Shown here in pieces: positions 16,843 through 27,759 of a DNA stretch of 32,932 nt. How positions within the stretch are numbered: position 1 is the stretch's first letter; each line of letters opens with the position of its first letter. The notes under the pieces are model-generated. The model was not told the origin of the DNA, did no database searches, and saw nothing but the letters and a program-made list of their open reading frames with translations. Location: the sequence record SRR22947725_9170, one strand, 5' to 3'. The position numbers were made by a program, and so were the translations under genes.

Positions 16843-18209
16843 CGCTGAGCCAACTCTTCCGCCACAAGGAACGCTAGCTCCAAGGATTGTTGGTGGTTCA
16901 AACGCGGGTCACATAAAGATTCATAGCGGGTCTCCAAACCCAACTCATCAATATTCTGGGACCCGCCCAAACACTCGGTGACATCATCACCGGTCAACTC
17001 CACGTGGATACCACCGGGGTGGGTGCCCACACTTCGGTGGGATTCAAAGAAACCGGTGACTTCCGTCACCACGTCATCAAAGCGTCGGGTCTTGTAACCA
17101 GTCTGCGTGGTGATGCCATTGCCATGCATCGGATCGCTTACCCAGAGCGGTTGCACTTCCAGCGCCTTGGTTGCTTCTAAGAGTGGTGGCAAAGCGTCAC
17201 GAATCTTGTCAGCCCCCATACGCGTAATGAAGGTCAATCGGCCGGGTTCGCGATGGGGGTCAAGCTTCTCGATCAGCGCGCTCATCGCTGCCACATCGGT
17301 GCTGTGGCCGAGCTTCACCCCGATGGGGTTTCGCACCCGTGAAAAGAAATCAACGTGGGCGCCCGTGAGCGCCCTCGTCCTCTCTCCGATCCACAGGAAG
17401 TGCCCAGAGGTGACATAGGGCTCACCCGAGCGAGAATCAATCCTGGTAAGGGGGCGTTCGTAATCCATCAGCAAACCTTCGTGGCTTGCATAAAATTCAA
17501 CCCGCTTGAGTTCATCAAAATTCGCTCCCGCCGCCTCCATGAAAGCAATTGCGCGATCGATCTCCTGAGCGAGGCCTTCGTAGCGGGAGTTCGCAGGGTT
17601 CCTGGCGAAACCTTTATTCCAGCTGTGGACCATTCGCAAATCCGCGAAACCACCCTGCGTGAAGGCACGGATAAGATTCAAGGTCGAGGCAGCGGTGTGG
17701 TAGCCCTTCAGCATCCGCGTGGGGTCAGGCGTGCGGGATTCGCTTGTGAAGTCATACCCGTTAACGATGTCGCCTCGATAGGCGGGTAACACAACGCCAT
17801 CTCTGGTTTCTTCATCATTGGAGCGGGGTTTTGCGAATTGGCCCGCCATCCGACCCATTTTGATGACCGGCATCGATGCTCCGTAGGTCAACACGACGGC
17901 CATCTGAAGAATCGTCTTTACTCGGTTGCGAATCTGGTCCGCCGTTGCGCCAGCAAAAGTCTCGGCACAATCCCCACCCTGGAGGAGGAAAGCGTCCCCC
18001 CTGGCTGCGCGCGCCAGACGGTCACGCAACATGTCCACCTCGCCGGCGAATACCAGAGGTGGTACCTCAGAAAGCTCAGCCCCTACGGCTGCCGCCTTTT
18101 TAGCGTCGGGCCAGGGCGGTTGCTGGTGCGCCTCGAGAGTGCGCCAATGGTCCAGGCCCTCCACCACGCCCGCGGCGGGAGCGACAACATGCTCAGAAGA
18201 TTCCACCAC
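16839..18209 (-). CDS. aroG: Class II 3-deoxy-7-phosphoheptulonate (DAHP) synthase
   Basis: QGGDCAETF, GRMAGQFAKPRS, YRGDIVNG, WIGERTR, DPMHGN, GIHVELTG, CDPRLN. Confidence 0.95.
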   Translation of the reverse strand: MVESSEHVVAPAAGVVEGLDHWRTLEAHQQPPWPDAKKAAAVGAELSEVPPLVFAGEVDMLRDRLARAARGDAFLLQGGDCAETFAGATADQIRNRVKTILQMAVVLTYGASMPVIKMGRMAGQFAKPRSNDEETRDGVVLPAYRGDIVNGYDFTSESRTPDPTRMLKGYHTAASTLNLIRAFTQGGFADLRMVHSWNKGFARNPANSRYEGLAQEIDRAIAFMEAAGANFDELKRVEFYASHEGLLMDYERPLTRIDSRSGEPYVTSGHFLWIGERTRALTGAHVDFFSRVRNPIGVKLGHSTDVAAMSALIEKLDPHREPGRLTFITRMGADKIRDALPPLLEATKALEVQPLWVSDPMHGNGITTQTGYKTRRFDDVVTEVTGFFESHRSVGTHPGGIHVELTGDDVTECLGGSQNIDELGLETRYESLCDPRLNHQQSLELAFLVAEELAQR

Positions 18210-18260
18210 GAAACACTTGTCCTTTACGGTTGTGGGCCAGCCGCTAGCCTAGCCGAGTGC

Positions 18261-18938
18261 TTAGGCGCTGGCGTTGCGAATAGTCGAGGCATACACGTCG
18301 TCATACTCCTGGGATCCCAGCGCGTGCATCTCGTGGATGATTTCATCCGTGATGGAGCGCAACACGAAACGATCCCCCTCCATACCCTGAAAACGGCTGA
18401 AATCAAGTGGAGCACCGATAACCACCCCCACCCGATGAACTTTGGGGAGGGAAGAACCCAGAGGCATCACCTTATCCGTGTCGATCATGACGGTCGGAAT
18501 TACGGGCACACCTGCTTCAAGAACCATTCGCGCAACCCCTGTGCGACCCCGATAGAGGCGGCCATCGGGTGACCGGGTCCCTTCGGGATAGATCGCCAAA
18601 ACTTTTCCCTCCGCCAGGACCGCCAGTCCGGCGTTGAGTGAGGCCTCAGAGGCTTTTCCTCCTGAGCGGTCAATGGGCAGCTGCCCAGAAGAGGTCATAA
18701 AGAATCGAATCAACCACCCTTTGAGACCTTTCCCAGTGAAGTAATCGCTCTTGGCCAAAAAAGCCATTTGTCGATCAACCATCATGGGCAAGAACAGAGA
18801 ATCCACGAGGGACAGGTGGTTGGAAACAACAATGACCGGCCCGCTGCGCGGAATGTTCTCAAGACCCTTCACCCACGGTCGAAACACCGTGGTCAACAAG
18901 GGGCCGATCACCCAGTGCTTCATCAGCCAGTAAAACAT
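18261..18938 (-). CDS. plsC: 1-acyl-sn-glycerol-3-phosphate acyltransferase
   Basis: NHLSLVD (HX4D), FLAKSDYF, YPEGTRSPDG. Confidence 0.92.
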   Translation of the reverse strand: MFYWLMKHWVIGPLLTTVFRPWVKGLENIPRSGPVIVVSNHLSLVDSLFLPMMVDRQMAFLAKSDYFTGKGLKGWLIRFFMTSSGQLPIDRSGGKASEASLNAGLAVLAEGKVLAIYPEGTRSPDGRLYRGRTGVARMVLEAGVPVIPTVMIDTDKVMPLGSSLPKVHRVGVVIGAPLDFSRFQGMEGDRFVLRSITDEIIHEMHALGSQEYDDVYASTIRNASA

Positions 18939-18943
18939 GAAAT

Positions 18944-19843
18944 TCAGTGTATTGCGCCCGACCTGGCAATGTCGGCGGCCCCGACGACGCCAGCGGTGTT
19001 CCCCAGCGCAGCGCCAGTGATGCGCGGACTGGGTCTTTTGCCAAAGGGGCCATAGTTTTGCTCAAACGAGGCCCTAATGGGAGCCAACAGCAGATCTTTC
19101 GCAGCCGCCACCCCGCCGCCGATGACGATGACTTCGGGATCCAACACGGCCACCAGAGACGCGATGCCACGGCCGAGGTAGTCCCCCACCCCTTCGAGAG
19201 CTTGGTGGGCAAGAGAGTTGCCTTCTTGCAAGAGTGCCATCAATTCTGCGCCTGATACGTCCCTACCCAGAAGCGTTCCAGCGTCTCGAACCAGCGCCGT
19301 GCCGGAGGCATACTGCTCCAGGCACCCCTTCGCGCCACAACCACACGCTCGCCCGGAAGGTTCGACCACGATGTGTCCCAATTCGGCCCCCACGCCAAAG
19401 CCGCCAATGAGGAGTGAACCCCGATCGATAATGGCCCCACCCACCCCGGTTCCAATGGTCAGCATCACCATCGACTGCGCGCCCCGAGCGGCACCGTGAC
19501 GATACTCAGCCCACCCCGCAGCGTTTGCATCATTTTCCAGGACGACGGGCCGAGATAGGGCGGTTTCTAATCGCTCTCGAAGGGGGAAATCAGACCAGGC
19601 GATGTTGGGTGAAAGATATACCCGGTCACGGTCGCGATCTAGAAATGCTGCCACAGCCACGCCCACGGTCTCAATCACCTCGTGTTGGTCAAGCTCCAAG
19701 ACCAGCTCTGCCACGGTCGAAATGATGGACTCTGGTTGATCTCGCGGGGTGGGTCGAGAGATAAGCTCCTGCACCCCACCGGATGGGTCAACCCTCCCGG
19801 CAGCAATCTTGGTGCCACCAATGTCAATCCCGATTGCCTCCAC
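18944..19843 (-). CDS. glk: ROK-family glucokinase
   Basis: GIDIGGTKI, ENDANAA, GTGVGG, ELGH, CGCGAKGCLE. GTG 19843 lies 6 nt after TAAACT; alternative GTG 19846. Confidence 0.9.
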   Translation of the reverse strand: MEAIGIDIGGTKIAAGRVDPSGGVQELISRPTPRDQPESIISTVAELVLELDQHEVIETVGVAVAAFLDRDRDRVYLSPNIAWSDFPLRERLETALSRPVVLENDANAAGWAEYRHGAARGAQSMVMLTIGTGVGGAIIDRGSLLIGGFGVGAELGHIVVEPSGRACGCGAKGCLEQYASGTALVRDAGTLLGRDVSGAELMALLQEGNSLAHQALEGVGDYLGRGIASLVAVLDPEVIVIGGGVAAAKDLLLAPIRASFEQNYGPFGKRPSPRITGAALGNTAGVVGAADIARSGAIH

Positions 19844-19942
19844 CACCCCAGTTTATTGGCCCACCCGGTGGCTCCCCGCATCTGCGGCGGACAATTAGCT
19901 CTAGAGTGGGAGACATTATTCAGAGGTACCAAAGGAGTTACC

Positions 19943-21772
19943 GTGAAAGAGTTCAGCACCCCCGCCGTTGTCCCCGCCGACCCCCAGGCAAACGCGACCC
20001 AACTGCTCATCGACCGGGTCGCTCTAGACCCGACCGGCCTTCTCTTTGCGCTCCCCGCCGAAGACGGGGGTTGGACCGACCTCACGACCTCTCAATTCCA
20101 CATTCAAGTGGTCGCCCTGGCAAAAGGCTTCATGGCCGCCGGTATCAAGGCCGGCGACAAAGTCGGGTTCATGTGCAAAACCCGTTACGAGTGGACGTTA
20201 GTTGACTTCGCGCTGTGGTTCGCAGGCGCCGTCATGGTCCCTATCTATGAAACTTCCGCACCCAGTCAGGTTCAGTACACACTGGAAGATTCCGAAGCGC
20301 TAGCGGTAATTGTCGAAACAGCAGAGCACTTCCAACGTTTTGATGAAATTGCCGGTGATGTGCCCGCCGTCACTAACGTGTGGCAGATGCACCTGGGCGA
20401 CTTGGAAAAGCTGGTCGCCAAGGGCGACACCGTCACCGATGAAGAGTTGGAAAAGCGTCGAACCACCGCCAAGGGAAAAGACCTCGCCACCTTGATTTAC
20501 ACCTCGGGTTCCACCGGACAACCCAAAGGTTGCATGCTGACCCACTCCAACTTTGTCGAACTGACGCGCAACTCCGCTGTTGCCATGAAGGAAGTGGTTG
20601 GGCCAGGCTCCACCTCCCTTCTCTTCATCACGACGGCCCACATCTTCGCGCGTTTCATTTCCGTGTTAGCGGTTCACACGGGAACCAGAATCGGCCACCA
20701 AGCCGATACCAAACAGCTACTGCCCTCCCTGGGGTCTTTCCAACCAACCTTCCTGCTGGCCGTGCCGCGGGTTTTTGAAAAGGTCTTTAACTCTGCAGAG
20801 CAGAAAGCCGAACTCGGTGGCAAAGGAAAAATCTTCCGGATTGCCGCTGACACCGCGGTGGAATATTCCCAGGCACTCGATGCGGGCTCGGTTCCTCTTG
20901 CGTTGAAACTTAAATTCCAGCTCTTTGATCGCCTGGTTTACAGCAAACTGAAGAAGGCTATGGGTGGAAAGGTTGCATACGCGGTGTCTGGTTCTGCGCC
21001 ACTGAGTACGCGCTTGGGGCACTTTTATCGGACCCTTGGAATCAAAATCCTCGAGGGCTACGGTTTGACAGAAACCACAGCACCGGCGACGGAAAACCTG
21101 GTGACGAAGTTTAAGATTGGCACCTGCGGCCCCGCACTACCGGGCGTAGCAATCCGCACCGACGACGACGGCGAAGTCCAGGTCAAAGGCATCAACGTCT
21201 TTGATGGCTACTGGAAGAACGAGGCCGCCACCCAGGAAGCCTTCACCACAGACGGCTGGTTCCGCACTGGTGACATCGGCAGCATCGATGATGATGGTTA
21301 TCTCACGATTACGGGTCGCAAGAAAGAGATTATTGTGACCGCCGGAGGCAAGAACGTTGCCCCCAACTACCTGGAGGACCCGATTCGATCCAATCCCATT
21401 GTCGGACAGGTCGTGGTGGCGGGGGATCAAAAGCCCTTCATTTCCGCACTCGTTACCCTCGATTCGGAAATGATTGATGCCTGGCTAGCAAACAATGGTG
21501 TGAGTGAAAAAATCAGCCTCCAGGAGGCAACCACCCACCCGGCAGTGCTTGCAGAAGTTCAAAGGGCCATCGACGGCGCCAACTCTCGGGTGTCACGGGC
21601 GGAATCGGTGCGAAAGTTTATCATTCTTCCCACCGAATTCACCGAAGAGTCGGGACACCTCACGCCTAAGATGAGCATCAAGCGCGCCGAGATCTTGCGT
21701 GACTTTGGGACAGAGTTGGAGCAGATGTATTCCGATTCCCCCGAAACTCAGGGAATTTCCATCAGTTCCTAA
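19943..21772 (+). CDS. fadD: Long-chain fatty acid--CoA ligase (FadD15-like)
   Basis: YTSGSTGQPKG, EGYGLTET, FRTGDIG, GRKKEIIVTAGGKNVAP. GTG 19943 preceded by AAAGGAG. Confidence 0.9.
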   Translation: MKEFSTPAVVPADPQANATQLLIDRVALDPTGLLFALPAEDGGWTDLTTSQFHIQVVALAKGFMAAGIKAGDKVGFMCKTRYEWTLVDFALWFAGAVMVPIYETSAPSQVQYTLEDSEALAVIVETAEHFQRFDEIAGDVPAVTNVWQMHLGDLEKLVAKGDTVTDEELEKRRTTAKGKDLATLIYTSGSTGQPKGCMLTHSNFVELTRNSAVAMKEVVGPGSTSLLFITTAHIFARFISVLAVHTGTRIGHQADTKQLLPSLGSFQPTFLLAVPRVFEKVFNSAEQKAELGGKGKIFRIAADTAVEYSQALDAGSVPLALKLKFQLFDRLVYSKLKKAMGGKVAYAVSGSAPLSTRLGHFYRTLGIKILEGYGLTETTAPATENLVTKFKIGTCGPALPGVAIRTDDDGEVQVKGINVFDGYWKNEAATQEAFTTDGWFRTGDIGSIDDDGYLTITGRKKEIIVTAGGKNVAPNYLEDPIRSNPIVGQVVVAGDQKPFISALVTLDSEMIDAWLANNGVSEKISLQEATTHPAVLAEVQRAIDGANSRVSRAESVRKFIILPTEFTEESGHLTPKMSIKRAEILRDFGTELEQMYSDSPETQGISISS

Positions 21773-22263
21773 CGAAACCAGTCCGATTCCCGGATAGCAC
21801 GAAGGGCTTTCTTTTTGTGCTCCGGAGTGAGCCCTTGAAAATAGAGGGCGCCCGCGAGGTGGTCGAGTTCATGCTGGAGCGCCTGCGCCATCAGTCCTTC
21901 GCCTTCCACCTCCAGGAGCTCCCCCTCCAGTGTGTATCCGGACACGATGGTGTGAGGGTAACGCTCCCGGGGGAAGGTTAACCCCGGAACGGACAGGCAC
22001 CCCTCCGACACCTGTTCCCTCTCCCCCCACACTTTCACGAGTTCGGGGTTGAGGAGATAGCCTATGTCGCCATCGATGTTGTAACTAAAAGCAGAAAGCC
22101 CCACACCAATCTGGTTGGCTGCTAACCCGGCGCGACCCGGGAGCGCCACCGTATCGAGGAGGTCGGTCACTAGCTCCTGCGCGCGGGCGCTCTTCGGGTC
22201 GAGAGTATCCGTGGCCGAAGCCAGTACGGGATCCCCGAAAAGCCGGATGGCGCGCACCGCCAC
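21769..22263 (-). CDS. def: Peptide deformylase
   Basis: GLAANQIG, EGCLS and QHELDHL motifs. Confidence 0.93.
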   Translation of the reverse strand: MAVRAIRLFGDPVLASATDTLDPKSARAQELVTDLLDTVALPGRAGLAANQIGVGLSAFSYNIDGDIGYLLNPELVKVWGEREQVSEGCLSVPGLTFPRERYPHTIVSGYTLEGELLEVEGEGLMAQALQHELDHLAGALYFQGLTPEHKKKALRAIRESDWFR

Positions 22264-22265
22264 CT

Positions 22266-23408
22266 TTAGGAACCGATGCCCTCGCTCATTCCCTCCGCCA
22301 CTAAGGCAGCAAGCTCGCGGGCTGCTTCACGGGTGTAGGGACTGAGGCGGGGCCAATCGATAATGGACCCGGCAGCAAGGAGGGGGTCATAGGGGATTCT
22401 CACGACTGCGCGAACCCGCGAGGCAAAGTGGTTTTCGATTTCATCCAGCTTCACGACATTCGTGCCCTGTGTAGCCGTATTAAGTGCCACCACCGCGTTT
22501 TTCACTAAGTCTTTGTATCCGTTCGCTTCCAACCAGGTAAGGGTCTCCGAGGCCAAACGGGCCTCATCAACGCTGCCGCCGGAGACGACCACCAAACCAT
22601 TGGCCCGATGAAGAGTGGGGCGCATCACCGAGTGCACGATACCCGTTCCGCAGTCGGTGAGAACAATGGAATAGAAGCGAGCCGCCTGATCTGCGACCAC
22701 ATTGTAATCGTCCTCGTCAAACGCTTCCGAAAGCAGTGGGTCAGTGTCAGAGGCCAAGATGTGCAGGCGAGTCTTGTCTTTCGACAGCAGCTCTCCAAAA
22801 TCCGTGAAGGATCGAATCCCCGCGGCCAGCTTTACCACGTCGCGGACGGTCGCCCCGGTGGATTTGGGAACACGCTCGGCAAGAGTTCCTCGATCGGGAT
22901 TGGCGTCAACACCGAGCACCCGGTCGTCCCGCACCTCAGCGAGGGCCATCCCCACAAGGATGGTCACGGTGGTCTTACCCACCCCACCTTTTCTGGTGAG
23001 GACCGGCACGAACTTGGTCCCCTGCTCAAAGGGGGTGGCAATTCGAGCATTCATCTCTTTACGCACGCGCACAGATCGGGAATCCCCGACATTGATCGTG
23101 TGAAAAGACAATTCATACAAGCAACGTTGCAAAAACCCCTCGGGTACTTCGCGATAGCGTCCGGTGGTTTCAATCAAGCGATCATCGGTGAGCATCGCCG
23201 CAGGCTCGGGCGAAGACCCGCGATTCTCCGACCGGCGCTGATACAAATCATCCTTTGAAGAAGCTGCCGTGGAAAGGGTGATTGTTACCGCCTCGTTCGG
23301 AAACACGGCAGAGGGATCAACAGCGCCATCGTGAAGCTCAATCTCGTCTCCGGCGCCTACTTCAACCGGAAATTCAGAAGGAACTGTCGACGCTGAGCGC
23401 TTAGCCAT
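22266..23408 (-). CDS. MinD/ParA-family ATPase (Rv0530/EspI-like)
   Basis: Deviant Walker A RKGGVGKTT, DANPDRGTL, LTDCGTG, IPYDP; low-complexity N-terminus. Confidence 0.85.
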   Translation of the reverse strand: MAKRSASTVPSEFPVEVGAGDEIELHDGAVDPSAVFPNEAVTITLSTAASSKDDLYQRRSENRGSSPEPAAMLTDDRLIETTGRYREVPEGFLQRCLYELSFHTINVGDSRSVRVRKEMNARIATPFEQGTKFVPVLTRKGGVGKTTVTILVGMALAEVRDDRVLGVDANPDRGTLAERVPKSTGATVRDVVKLAAGIRSFTDFGELLSKDKTRLHILASDTDPLLSEAFDEDDYNVVADQAARFYSIVLTDCGTGIVHSVMRPTLHRANGLVVVSGGSVDEARLASETLTWLEANGYKDLVKNAVVALNTATQGTNVVKLDEIENHFASRVRAVVRIPYDPLLAAGSIIDWPRLSPYTREAARELAALVAEGMSEGIGS

Positions 23409-23477
23409 TCAAAGTCCTTGTCTTAGAGGTAATAGTCTATGCCATGCCGTCTGAACTAACCTGATTTTTAGCTCACC

Positions 23478-26400
23478 CTAACCGATGACAACCAACAAGT
23501 CGCCGGCTTCCACCTGTTGGGTCACGGGAATGGCCACCCGCACAATCGTGCCACTGACGGCAGCGCTGATTCCCGCTTCCATCTTCATCGCTTCAATGGT
23601 AGCGACGATGTCGCCTTCGGAAATGGTGTCTCCCTCCTTTACCGCGAGGGTGACCACCCCCGAGAACGGTGCCGCCACATGCTGGGGGTTGCCCGGATCC
23701 GCTTTTTCTGCCGTTGCCACAGTCACTGTGATGGACTCATCCTTGATGCTGACGGGCCTAACTTGCCCATTCAGTGCCACCATCACCGTGCGGATTCCGT
23801 GGTCATCAGGTTCTGAAATAGTGTCCAGAGACACGTAGAGGCTCACTCCCGGTTCGACTTCGATGACTGTTTCTTCGCCCAATCGAAGCCCATAGAGGTA
23901 TTCCTTCGTGGAGATAACGGAAACATCTCCGAAGTTCTCTCGGACATCAAGGAAATCCCGTGTGGGACCGGGGAACAGCAACTCATTCAGCAGTGCTTGG
24001 CGGTCCGGGCCGGGAAGCGCTAGTCGGTCGAGGTGATCCCTAGAGACCACTTCCTCTGTGATCGCATACTTTTTTCCGGCCAAAATTTTGGTTCGGAACG
24101 GTTCCGGCCAGCCCCCGGGCAAGTCCCCCAGCTCACCGGCCATGAAACCCACCACGGAATCGGGAACATCGAAGGCGCCAGGATTCGCTTTGAACTCGTC
24201 CGGGTCGACGTCCATGGCGACCAAGTGCAAAGCGAGGTCTCCCACCACTTTGCTCGAGGGCGTGACCTTTGTGGGTCGCCCGAGCATTGTGCTGGCGCGG
24301 GCATACCAGTCTTCGATTTCTTCAAATCGATCTGCAAGACCCAGCGCGATAGCTTGCTGGCGGAGGTTGGAGAGTTGGCCGCCAGGAATCTCATGGTGAT
24401 ACACGCGACCGGTGGGGCCCGGTAGCCCCGATTCAAACGGGGCATACACCTTGCGAACCGCTTCCCAATAAGGCTCCAAGGCTGAGACGGCCTGAAGGTC
24501 CAGACCGGTATCTCGCTCGGTATGTGCAAGAGCGGCTACCAGAGCCGAAAGGGGCGGCTGGCTCGTCGTTCCCGCCATAGGTGCGCTTGCGGCATCCACG
24601 GCGTCCACCCCTGCCCGGGAGGCGGCCATCAGAGTCGCGAGCTGGCCACCCGCCGTGTCGTGGGTGTGGAGGTGGATGGGAACCTCAAATCGCTCCCGCA
24701 GCGCCGTCACCAGGGTGAACGCGGCCTCGGATCGTAATAATCCCGCCATGTCCTTAATGGCCAGGATGTGCGCGCCGGCTTCGACAATCTTTTCGGCGAG
24801 CGTGAGGTAGTAGTCCAGCGTGTACAGGTCTTCAGCTGGATCAAGGAGGTTGCCGCTGTAACACAGTCCCACCTCTGCAAGAGAGGATCCTGTTCCCAGT
24901 ACCGCGTCAATTGCGGGTCGCATATTGCTGACATCGTTCAGTGCATCAAAAATTCGGAAAATATCGACACCGGTGTCACTCGCTTCTTGGACGAATGCAT
25001 CCGTCACTTGAGTGGGATAGGGCGTATAACCAACGGTGTTTCGCCCTCGCAACAGCATCTGAATGGTGATGTTGGGCACACCTGCGCGCAAGGCGGCCAG
25101 GCGCTCCCACGGGTCTTCGCCGAGGAACCGTAGGGCCACATCGTAGGTGGCCCCACCCCACGCTTCGAGCGAGAGTAGTTGCGGGGTGAGATGGGAGACC
25201 GCGGGCAAGACATCGACCAAATCTTTGGTTCGAACGCGTGTTGCCAACAGGGACTGGTGAGCATCTCGAAAAGTGGTATCCGTAACAGCGAGTGGCTTTT
25301 GGGCGCGCAAGGCTGACGCAAAAGCTGCTGGCCCCACGCGATCAAGCAGCTGTTTGGAGCCCGCTTGGGCGGGAGTGTCAGGAACCGCAGGAAGCTTGAC
25401 TCGAGGGTCAATGACGCCGCGACCCGAGCCGTGAGGCTGATTCACGGTGACATCGCCCAACCAGGTAATGAGTTTGGTCCCACGGTCTTTACTGGGCTTT
25501 GACGTCAAGAGATGTGGGCGTTCCTCGATGAACGAGGTGGAAAGGTCACCCGCGAGGAACGAAGGATCCTCTACTACTGCTTGGAGAAAAGGAATGTTAG
25601 TGGACACTCCTCGAATCCGGAATTCAGCCAGACCCCGCCTGGCTCTGGCCACTGCGGCGGGGAAATCCCGGCCGCGGGTCGTCATTTTGGCCAGCATCGA
25701 GTCAAAATAGGGCGATATCTGCGCACCCTGGCTCACCGTTCCACCGTCTAAGCGAATACCTGCCCCACCAGGCGACCGGTAGGTCGTGATTTTACCGGTG
25801 TCTGGCCGGAAGTCAGCGGCGGGATCCTCTGTCGTAATCCGACACTGCAGGGCAAAACCGCGAGGAACCAGGTTTTCCTGAACCAAACCCATGTCTTTCA
25901 GAGTTTCCCCCGCCGCAATCCGAAATTGGGTGTGGACAAGGTCGACATCGGTGATTTCTTCTGTCACCGTGTGCTCCACTTGGATGCGAGGGTTCATTTC
26001 GATGAAGACGTGCTGTCCCGCGCGCTCCCCAGCAGTGTCAACAAGGAATTCCACCGTCCCCGCGTTTTGGTATCCAATGGATTGAGCAAACGCGACCGCA
26101 TCCTTCAAAATTGCCTCTCGCACCCCCTCGTCGAGGTTGGGTGCCGGAGCAATTTCAATGACCTTCTGGTGCCGACGCTGGACCGAGCAATCGCGCTCAA
26201 ATAGGTGAAGGGTGTTGCCTCCCGCATCGGCGATGATCTGGACCTCGATATGGCGAGGACGCACAACAGCTTGCTCTAAAAACATTCGCCCATCACCAAA
26301 AGCGGATTCGGCCTCACGCATGGAGGCCTCGAGGGCTTCTCGCAAATCCTCGGGCTTTTCTACCCGTCGCATCCCTCGACCCCCACCACCTGCCACGGCT

Positions 26401-26873
26401 TTCGCGAAGACGGGGAATCCGATGCCAGATGCTTGAGCCACAAGCTCGTCAAGATTGGTCGTGGCTTCCGTGGAGGCGAGGACAGGCACTCCCGCCGAAC
26501 GGGCATAATCCTTCGCGGTGACCTTGTTTCCGGCCATATCCAACACGCTTGCGGGAGGCCCGATAAAGACAATGCCTGCTTCTTCACACGCTCGAGCTAG
26601 GTCCGGGTTCTCGCTCAGGAATCCATAGCCGGGATAGATGGCATCCGCGCCCGATTCCTGCGCCACCCGCATGATTTCCTCAATCGTCAGGTAGGCGCGC
26701 AGCGGATGCCCGGGCTCACCGATTTGATACGCCTCATCTGCCTTCATCCGGTGCAGAGAAAACCGGTCTTCGTAGGGATACACCGCGACGGTGCGCATGC
26801 CGAGCTCCACGGCCGCTCGGAACGCGCGAATAGCGATTTCGCCACGATTTGCCACAAGGATTTTCGAGAACAC
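23478..26873 (-). CDS. pyc: Pyruvate carboxylase
   Basis: ANRGEIAIR biotin carboxylase domain, RDAHQSLLATR, HLHTHDT, AMKM biotinylation site; 1131 aa. Confidence 0.97.
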   Translation of the reverse strand: MFSKILVANRGEIAIRAFRAAVELGMRTVAVYPYEDRFSLHRMKADEAYQIGEPGHPLRAYLTIEEIMRVAQESGADAIYPGYGFLSENPDLARACEEAGIVFIGPPASVLDMAGNKVTAKDYARSAGVPVLASTEATTNLDELVAQASGIGFPVFAKAVAGGGGRGMRRVEKPEDLREALEASMREAESAFGDGRMFLEQAVVRPRHIEVQIIADAGGNTLHLFERDCSVQRRHQKVIEIAPAPNLDEGVREAILKDAVAFAQSIGYQNAGTVEFLVDTAGERAGQHVFIEMNPRIQVEHTVTEEITDVDLVHTQFRIAAGETLKDMGLVQENLVPRGFALQCRITTEDPAADFRPDTGKITTYRSPGGAGIRLDGGTVSQGAQISPYFDSMLAKMTTRGRDFPAAVARARRGLAEFRIRGVSTNIPFLQAVVEDPSFLAGDLSTSFIEERPHLLTSKPSKDRGTKLITWLGDVTVNQPHGSGRGVIDPRVKLPAVPDTPAQAGSKQLLDRVGPAAFASALRAQKPLAVTDTTFRDAHQSLLATRVRTKDLVDVLPAVSHLTPQLLSLEAWGGATYDVALRFLGEDPWERLAALRAGVPNITIQMLLRGRNTVGYTPYPTQVTDAFVQEASDTGVDIFRIFDALNDVSNMRPAIDAVLGTGSSLAEVGLCYSGNLLDPAEDLYTLDYYLTLAEKIVEAGAHILAIKDMAGLLRSEAAFTLVTALRERFEVPIHLHTHDTAGGQLATLMAASRAGVDAVDAASAPMAGTTSQPPLSALVAALAHTERDTGLDLQAVSALEPYWEAVRKVYAPFESGLPGPTGRVYHHEIPGGQLSNLRQQAIALGLADRFEEIEDWYARASTMLGRPTKVTPSSKVVGDLALHLVAMDVDPDEFKANPGAFDVPDSVVGFMAGELGDLPGGWPEPFRTKILAGKKYAITEEVVSRDHLDRLALPGPDRQALLNELLFPGPTRDFLDVRENFGDVSVISTKEYLYGLRLGEETVIEVEPGVSLYVSLDTISEPDDHGIRTVMVALNGQVRPVSIKDESITVTVATAEKADPGNPQHVAAPFSGVVTLAVKEGDTISEGDIVATIEAMKMEAGISAAVSGTIVRVAIPVTQQVEAGDLLVVIG

Positions 26874-26955
26874 CCGTGCTGCCCTTTCCTGCGCGAGGGA
26901 CCACGCGCCGCCTCACATACTCTGACCTAGCCTACTGAAGGCTAAGCTAGAGGGG

Positions 26956-27759
26956 ATGCGAGTGATTAGTTTGAGTTCCCTGAAGGGCGGCGTCGGGAAG
27001 ACGACTGTCACTCTTGGGCTTGCCTCCGCCGCCTTTGCCAAGGGCTTACGCACTCTCGTGGTTGACATGGACCCGCAGTCCGATGCCAGCACTGGCATGG
27101 ATGTGACGGCCGGACGTCATCTCAACATTTCCAATCTCCTGGCTCACCCGCGTGCCTCTGCGGTGCGAAAGGCCATTGTCCCTAGCGGTTGGACCCGCTC
27201 CCACAAAGGCCAGGTCGATGTCCTGCTTGGTTCACCTGCCGCCATGGCGTTTGACGAGCCAACGTTGACGAAGAAACAAATCTGGAGGATGGAAGAAATC
27301 CTGGCCGCTGTCGAAGACGACTACGACATTGTGCTCATCGATTGCCCGCCCTCGCTCAATGGTCTTACCCGCATGGCGTGGACAGCCAGCGACCGCGTTG
27401 CCGTGGTCACGGAGCCGAGTTTGTTCTCCGTTGCCGCCACCCAGCGTGCATTCCGGGCTATTGAAGAGCTTCGGCGAGGTGTCTCCCCCCGGCTTCAGCC
27501 TCTGGGGGTTGTCGTCAATCGTGTTCGTCCCCAATCGATTGAACACCAGTATCGAATTGATGAACTGAAGCAAATGTTTGGGGCATTAGTAATGCAGCCG
27601 GAGCTTCCCGAACGGGTAGCACTGCAACAAGCCCAAGGGGCGGCGAGCCCCCTCCACGTGTGGCCCGGAGAAAGTGCAGAAGAAATGGCTTTTAGCTTCA
27701 ACCTGATTCTTGACCGGGTAATTCGGTCTGCTCAGATTCTTGAACCAGAACCCGTTTAA
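26956..27759 (+). CDS. ParA/Soj-family ATPase
   Basis: LKGGVGKTT, DMDPQ, IDCPPSL. Confidence 0.9.
   Translation: MRVISLSSLKGGVGKTTVTLGLASAAFAKGLRTLVVDMDPQSDASTGMDVTAGRHLNISNLLAHPRASAVRKAIVPSGWTRSHKGQVDVLLGSPAAMAFDEPTLTKKQIWRMEEILAAVEDDYDIVLIDCPPSLNGLTRMAWTASDRVAVVTEPSLFSVAATQRAFRAIEELRRGVSPRLQPLGVVVNRVRPQSIEHQYRIDELKQMFGALVMQPELPERVALQQAQGAASPLHVWPGESAEEMAFSFNLILDRVIRSAQILEPEPV

Noticed and set aside
19682-19942. N-terminal extension of the fadD ORF
   Set aside because: Overlaps glk on the opposite strand; a strong SD precedes GTG 19943.
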